From contig JBMOPW010000016.1 in the NCBI GenBank assembly GCA_049322915.1, positions 259,610 through 323,609 on the forward strand: a DNA stretch of 64,000 bases. The letters run 5' to 3'. Below are positions 59,762 through 64,000 of the stretch, piece by piece. The notes beneath the pieces are model-generated. The model made no database searches. It saw nothing but the letters and a program-made list of their open reading frames with translations, and was not told the DNA's origin. The position numbers were made by a program, and so were the translations under genes. This DNA is from Candidatus Zhuqueibacterota bacterium. GTDB taxonomy: Bacteria > Zhuqueibacterota > Zhuqueibacteria > Thermofontimicrobiales > Thermofontimicrobiaceae. Positions within the stretch are counted from its first letter, which is position 1, and every line of letters starts with the position of its first letter.

Positions 59762-60324
59762 TGGAGCCAAAGAATTCAATCGGAATAATTGAATTGGCGA
59801 GCATTCACAAAGGTTTTGAGGTTCAGGATGCTGTGTTGAAAGTCGCCGAGGTGGAAAAGATCATCGCGCGAACCATTTGTTCCGGCAAGTATCTGATCAT
59901 CATTCGGGGCCAGGTTGCCGATGTGGAAACCTGTATCGAAACGGCGAAAGTCGTCGGCGGATTTGCCATTGTCAACGCCGTGGTCATTCCCCGCGTCGAT
60001 GAGCGCGTTTTTCCGGCCATTGCCGGCGCCAATACCCTGAATGTCGGCGAGCCTGTGGATGGCTTGCTGGTGATTGAGACGTTCTCTGTGGCATCGGCGA
60101 TCAAGGCGGCCGACTTTGCCGTGAAGGAAGCGAATATCGAACTGGTCCGGGTACACATTGCCATGGCTGTAGGCGGCAAGGGATTCGTCGTGATGACCGG
60201 CGATATGGAGGCTCTCAAATCCGCTGTGGTTCCGGCGATTGAGTACATCAAAGATGATGGTATGCTGGCGGGATACAGCCTGATCAGCCATCCCCACGAA
60301 GAGGTATTAAAAGAATTGATATAA
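59761..60324 (+). CDS. BMC-T tandem-domain shell protein (PduT-like)
   Basis: Two BMC domains (GIIE..SI.KG....DA.LK; VIETFSVA....AAD.AVK); TICSGKY at the PduT Fe-S Cys position. Confidence 0.9.
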   Translation: MEPKNSIGIIELASIHKGFEVQDAVLKVAEVEKIIARTICSGKYLIIIRGQVADVETCIETAKVVGGFAIVNAVVIPRVDERVFPAIAGANTLNVGEPVDGLLVIETFSVASAIKAADFAVKEANIELVRVHIAMAVGGKGFVVMTGDMEALKSAVVPAIEYIKDDGMLAGYSLISHPHEEVLKELI

Positions 60325-60345
60325 AATATTTTGGAGGCATTGGAG

Positions 60346-61128
60346 ATGAATATAAATACAGGTTCCGGCGAATTTGAATTGAAGCGAATGATATGCGAAA
60401 TTGGGAAAAGAATCTGGACGCGCGGCTATGTGGCTGCCAACGACGGCAATATCACGATCAAGCTGAATGAGAAAGAAATTTTGACCACGCCGACTGGTGT
60501 CAGCAAAGGATTCATGACGCCGGATATGATCATCAAAGTGAATATGGAAGGGAAAGTCCTGTCCGGCAGTTCAAAATATCGGCCGTCCAGCGAGGCGAAA
60601 ATGCACATTCAGGTGTATCAGCAACGGAAGGATGTCAATTCGGTCATCCACGCGCATCCGCCCTATTGCACGAGCTTTGCAGTCGCCGGCATTCCGCTCA
60701 ACAAATGCGTGCTGCCGGAAGCCATTCTTGTTTTAGGCGCCGTGCCAACCGCCAAATACGGTTTACCCTCCACGAAGGAAATCCCGGACGCCATTCGGCC
60801 CCACGTGGAAACGTCCGACGCGATTTTATTGGAAAATCACGGCGCCCTCACCATGGGCCCTGACATCGTTTCGGCGTACCACCGCATGGAAACGCTGGAG
60901 CACACGGCCAAGATTGTCCATCTGGCGCGACAATTGGGCAATGTGAACGTGCTTCCCAAATATGAAGTGGATCGGCTGATGGAACTCCGCGAGCAGTTCC
61001 AAATTCCGGGCCGCGTTGCCACGTGCGAATCTGCCGGCTCCTGCGCAACGTCCAATGACGGACAGCCTGCAAACGAACTCGTCCAGGACATCACCAAAAA
61101 AGTCATGGAGCGGTTGAAGAAACAATGA
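60346..61128 (+). CDS. Class II aldolase (FucA-like) with C-terminal encapsulation peptide
   Basis: DGNI, TPTGVSKG, PSSE..MH, IHAHPP, LENHG; C-terminal helix NELVQDITKKVMERL. Confidence 0.9.
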   Translation: MNINTGSGEFELKRMICEIGKRIWTRGYVAANDGNITIKLNEKEILTTPTGVSKGFMTPDMIIKVNMEGKVLSGSSKYRPSSEAKMHIQVYQQRKDVNSVIHAHPPYCTSFAVAGIPLNKCVLPEAILVLGAVPTAKYGLPSTKEIPDAIRPHVETSDAILLENHGALTMGPDIVSAYHRMETLEHTAKIVHLARQLGNVNVLPKYEVDRLMELREQFQIPGRVATCESAGSCATSNDGQPANELVQDITKKVMERLKKQ

Positions 61129-61269
61129 GCCTGACCGGGGTTGCCGCTTTCACCGATTCCTTCAATTTTCATCCATCTGATTCTATCACCGTTCCGGCTC
61201 AGATTGCAGCCCGCCCATGCAACGGCTGCATTGGCCAGAGATGCCTTTATCTTTTCAGACAGGTTTGAT

Positions 61270-62463
61270 ATGAAAATTCTCATCGCAAATCCCGGCAGCA
61301 CCTCGTATAAATGTAAGCTGTTCGATATGTCCACTATGTCGGTGCTGTTTCAGGCCGGCGTGGAGCGCATCGGCGACCGCGTCGGGATTTACAGCTATCA
61401 ATTTGCCGGTGCGGAAAAAGTGACGCAACAGCTCTCCATCCCGGATTTTACTGCGGCCGTGAATCAGACGCTGGACACGCTGCAAACCGGTTTCCCCGTC
61501 GCTGACGTGGCAGCCGTTGGATTCAAGACGGTTCATGCAAAAGGCGTGACCGGCTGCGCGCGCCTCACAGAGGACGTGCTCCGCGCTATGGAAGATTACC
61601 TGCCGCTGGCCCCGGTGCATAACCGCGTGTATTTGACCGCGATATCGGTATTCAAAAAATTGCTGCCCCAAACGCCGCTGATTGGGCTGTTCGAAACAGC
61701 GTTCCATTCCCGCATTCCCCCGGAAGCCTATCTCTATGGAATTCCGTTTGAATATTTTGAAAAATATGGCATCCGAAAATACGGTTTCCACGGGGCGTCC
61801 CATCGCTACATCGGCCAGCGCGCAAAAGAACTGTATTTCCCGTCAGCGCCATCGTGTAAGGTCATCTCGTGTCATCTGGGCGGAAGCTCCTCGGTGTGCG
61901 CCATCAAGGACGGCGTCTCCGTGGATACGTCCATGGGCATGAGTCCGCAGAGCGGTCTGCTCAATGCCACGCGCGTCGGCGATTTCGATTGCTTTGCACT
62001 GCTCTACTTGATGGAAAAAGAGAACCTCTCCATCGAGCAGGTCCGGAAAATGCTGATTTCGCGCGGCGGCGTGCTGGGTATTTCCGGCGTCAACTCCGAT
62101 TTTCGCGACGTGGAAGCAAGTATGCAGAAGGGCAGCCTGCGCGATGAACTGGCATTCGACACGTTCGCGTATTACGTGAAACGCTATATCGGCGAATACA
62201 TGGCAGTGCTGAACCGGGCGGACATTATCGTTTTCACCGGCGGAGCCGGCCAATATTCACCCGCCCTGCGCAAAGCCATTCTCCGGAATATGGAAAACAT
62301 CGGCATTGTGCTGGATGACGAGCGGAACGCGGCCAATCCCGGCGAGGGACTCATTTCTGCGGAAGATTCATCCGTGAAAATCGCCGTCATCCCCACGAAC
62401 GAAGAATGGATAGTCGCCAGGGAAGTGGAGAAAGTGATCCGGTCGCAACAGCAACCCGCTTGA
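61270..62463 (+). CDS. ackA: Acetate/propionate (acyl) kinase
   Basis: ANPGSTSYK, PLAPVHN, FETAFH, KYGFHGASH, HLGGSSS, PTNEE; start reassigned to ATG 61270. Confidence 0.9.
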   Translation: MKILIANPGSTSYKCKLFDMSTMSVLFQAGVERIGDRVGIYSYQFAGAEKVTQQLSIPDFTAAVNQTLDTLQTGFPVADVAAVGFKTVHAKGVTGCARLTEDVLRAMEDYLPLAPVHNRVYLTAISVFKKLLPQTPLIGLFETAFHSRIPPEAYLYGIPFEYFEKYGIRKYGFHGASHRYIGQRAKELYFPSAPSCKVISCHLGGSSSVCAIKDGVSVDTSMGMSPQSGLLNATRVGDFDCFALLYLMEKENLSIEQVRKMLISRGGVLGISGVNSDFRDVEASMQKGSLRDELAFDTFAYYVKRYIGEYMAVLNRADIIVFTGGAGQYSPALRKAILRNMENIGIVLDDERNAANPGEGLISAEDSSVKIAVIPTNEEWIVAREVEKVIRSQQQPA

Positions 62464-62634
62464 TTTCGGGCGGTGCCAGTCACAGCGCGACGTTCAATGA
62501 AAATTTCGACAACCCGATGTTTTTTACCCGGAATAGAAAAATCACCGTTCCAGAAATTCTGCATGTCTGAGTGAGAAACATGCGGTATGGACAGCGCCCT
62601 TCGCTGGCGGCGCTGTCTAATCCGGTAGACTGAA

Positions 62635-63663
62635 ATGAACAAGCGAAAAAAAGCCACTCTCAAAAGCATTGCTGATACAATTGGCGTTACGCCTGCGACC
62701 GTCTCCAAGGCGCTGCGGGACAGTTCAGATATTTCCGGCGAGATGCGCCGGAAGGTGAAAAACCTCGCTCAGAAAATGGGCTATCGTCCCAATCTCATGG
62801 CCCGCACATTAATCAACAAGCATAGCAATCTCTTAGGCGTCATCATTCCCGACCTGCGCATCTCGTTCATCTCCGAGACCACCCGCGGCATTTACGAACA
62901 GGCCCGGAAACGGGGGTACGTGGCGATTTTAATGGTCAACGATGAAGAGCCGGAGAACGAGCGAAGAAACCTCGAGTTCCTGTCCGACCTGCGCGTGGAC
63001 GGCATCCTGCTCAATCCTGTTTCGGGGAAGATGAATTACGCCATGTACCAGGAATTGATTGAAGAGGAAATTCCTGTGGTCTGTTACGATCGCAAATTGG
63101 ATTGCTTCGACTTTCAATCGGTGACGATCGATGACCGCGAGGCGGCGTTCAAACTGACGACGCGTCTCATTCAGGAAGGAAGAAAAAAGATCGCCTATCT
63201 GGGACCCAACGACGGTTTCTCGGTGGCTGTGGAACGATTTCAGGGATATGCGGCGGCGCTCACGGCCAATGGCCTTGCGTTCGATCCCAAGTATGTCGCC
63301 GCAACCGGGCTGGATATTCACGATAGCTATGTCGCGACGAAGAATCTGCTGAGCCGTGGATTGAAAATCGATGCCATGGTGTGCATCGGCGGGTTGGTCG
63401 CTTTCGGCGCCGGCCAGGCTGTGCTGGAATCGCGTTTGTCCATCCCGGAGGATGTCATCCTTGCCGAATTTGGCGACAACAATATTGTGGCGCGACTGGG
63501 AGTTCCGTTCTACACGATCAACCAGAATCCCTATATCATGGGACAGACCGCGGTGGATTTATTGCTGGAGAGCATTGAACGCAGGGGCGCGACCTCTGCG
63601 CCGCGGCATGTCATCATCGAGACGCAATTAATTCATCGCAACATCGGGGACTTCAGGGAATGA
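62635..63663 (+). CDS. LacI-family transcriptional regulator
   Basis: HTH TLKSIA...GV..ATVSKAL, hinge YRPN.MARTL, periplasmic-binding-like C-terminal domain. Confidence 0.93.
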   Translation: MNKRKKATLKSIADTIGVTPATVSKALRDSSDISGEMRRKVKNLAQKMGYRPNLMARTLINKHSNLLGVIIPDLRISFISETTRGIYEQARKRGYVAILMVNDEEPENERRNLEFLSDLRVDGILLNPVSGKMNYAMYQELIEEEIPVVCYDRKLDCFDFQSVTIDDREAAFKLTTRLIQEGRKKIAYLGPNDGFSVAVERFQGYAAALTANGLAFDPKYVAATGLDIHDSYVATKNLLSRGLKIDAMVCIGGLVAFGAGQAVLESRLSIPEDVILAEFGDNNIVARLGVPFYTINQNPYIMGQTAVDLLLESIERRGATSAPRHVIIETQLIHRNIGDFRE

Positions 63664-63747
63664 TGCATCCCGGAATCCGGCGGAGAAACCCGGCCGCGCG
63701 TTGCATGAGCGAATTGAGAGTAACCGATCACAGGGTGGTTAAGAATG

Positions 63748-63830
63748 ACAGGATAACAGGATGTTTGGGATAGACAGGATTAATTAACTTTAGCTCTTTA
63801 TCATGTTAATCAAAACATAATCGTGTAAAT
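63748..63830. repeat. Degenerate (G)ACAGGAT short repeats with inverted counterparts
   Basis: gacaggata acaggatg ... gacaggatt, then atcatgttaatc ... aatcgtgtaaatc, upstream of the GxxExxY gene. Confidence 0.5.
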
Positions 63831-63846
63831 CACAAGAGGCTGCGTA

Positions 63847-64000
63847 ATGGAACTTGCAAGCTTGACTGAAAATATTATTGGCTGTGCTTACAACGTATAT
63901 AACATGTTAGGATTTGGTTTTTTGGAGTCTGTTTACCCCGTGTAATAAAACAAATAGAAATTAATAGCAAGAGAAACAATAGCATATTACACGGGGTGAA
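63847..64000 (+). pseudogene. GxxExxY protein gene interrupted by a 61-bp insertion (runs off the window)
   Basis: MELASLTENIIGCAYNVYNMLGFGFLESVY, then a stop at 63943-63945 inside the insert. Confidence 0.75.
63936..63996. mobile_element. 61-bp miniature inverted-repeat element
   Basis: Perfect 12-bp terminal inverted repeats ccccgtgtaata / tattacacgggg around an AT-rich core; removing it restores GTT TAT GAA (V-Y-E). Confidence 0.7.

Noticed and set aside
53467..63663. Calling the BMC an Eut, Pdu or glycyl-radical type
   Set aside because: No ethanolamine ammonia-lyase, diol dehydratase or glycyl-radical enzyme is present; the only signature enzyme is a class II aldolase.
1..64000. CRISPR array, tRNA/rRNA, prophage, transposase, reverse transcriptase or selenoprotein recoding
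   Set aside because: No spaced repeat array, cloverleaf, hallmark gene or TGA-split redox gene was seen on manual reading.

Overview
Gene-dense bacterial chromosomal window with moderate-to-high GC in coding regions. The GWxTD, GxxExxY and AgmX-like genes and the short intergenic repeats suggest an FCB-group lineage such as KSB1 or Calditrichota, but this is inference only. The left part is mostly housekeeping: rplM-rpsI-rpsB-tsf-pyrH-frr, a nitroreductase, sfsA, a two-component system, a CDP-alcohol phosphatidyltransferase, smc and a GWxTD protein, plus a secreted GH172. The middle is largely minus-strand accessory metabolism: two GH127-type hydrolases, an AttEFGH-like ABC/lipocalin system, glgC, a GH38/oxidoreductase/IMPase-like operon, acyl-CoA ligases flanking an aldehyde:ferredoxin oxidoreductase, an ABC transporter with DUF1854, and two Fe-S proteins. 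The main highlight is a ~10-kb bacterial microcompartment (metabolosome) locus at 53467-63663. It encodes PduL, 3 BMC-H, 4 BMC-P, a PduT-like BMC-T, a PduS-like oxidoreductase, an acylating aldehyde dehydrogenase, a class II aldolase, an acetate kinase, a small protein with an encapsulation peptide, and a LacI regulator, but no alcohol or lactate dehydrogenase. A candidate LacI operator (AAAACGTTTAA) lies both at the BMC promoter and upstream of the GH38 operon 20 kb away. Other oddities are an EF-Ts with two highly similar halves, a structured smc leader, direct-repeat hairpins bracketing a 9-kb cassette, and a 61-bp inverted-repeat element interrupting a GxxExxY gene. I saw no rRNA, tRNA, CRISPR array or transposase. 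All calls come from reading motifs by eye; no searches were run.
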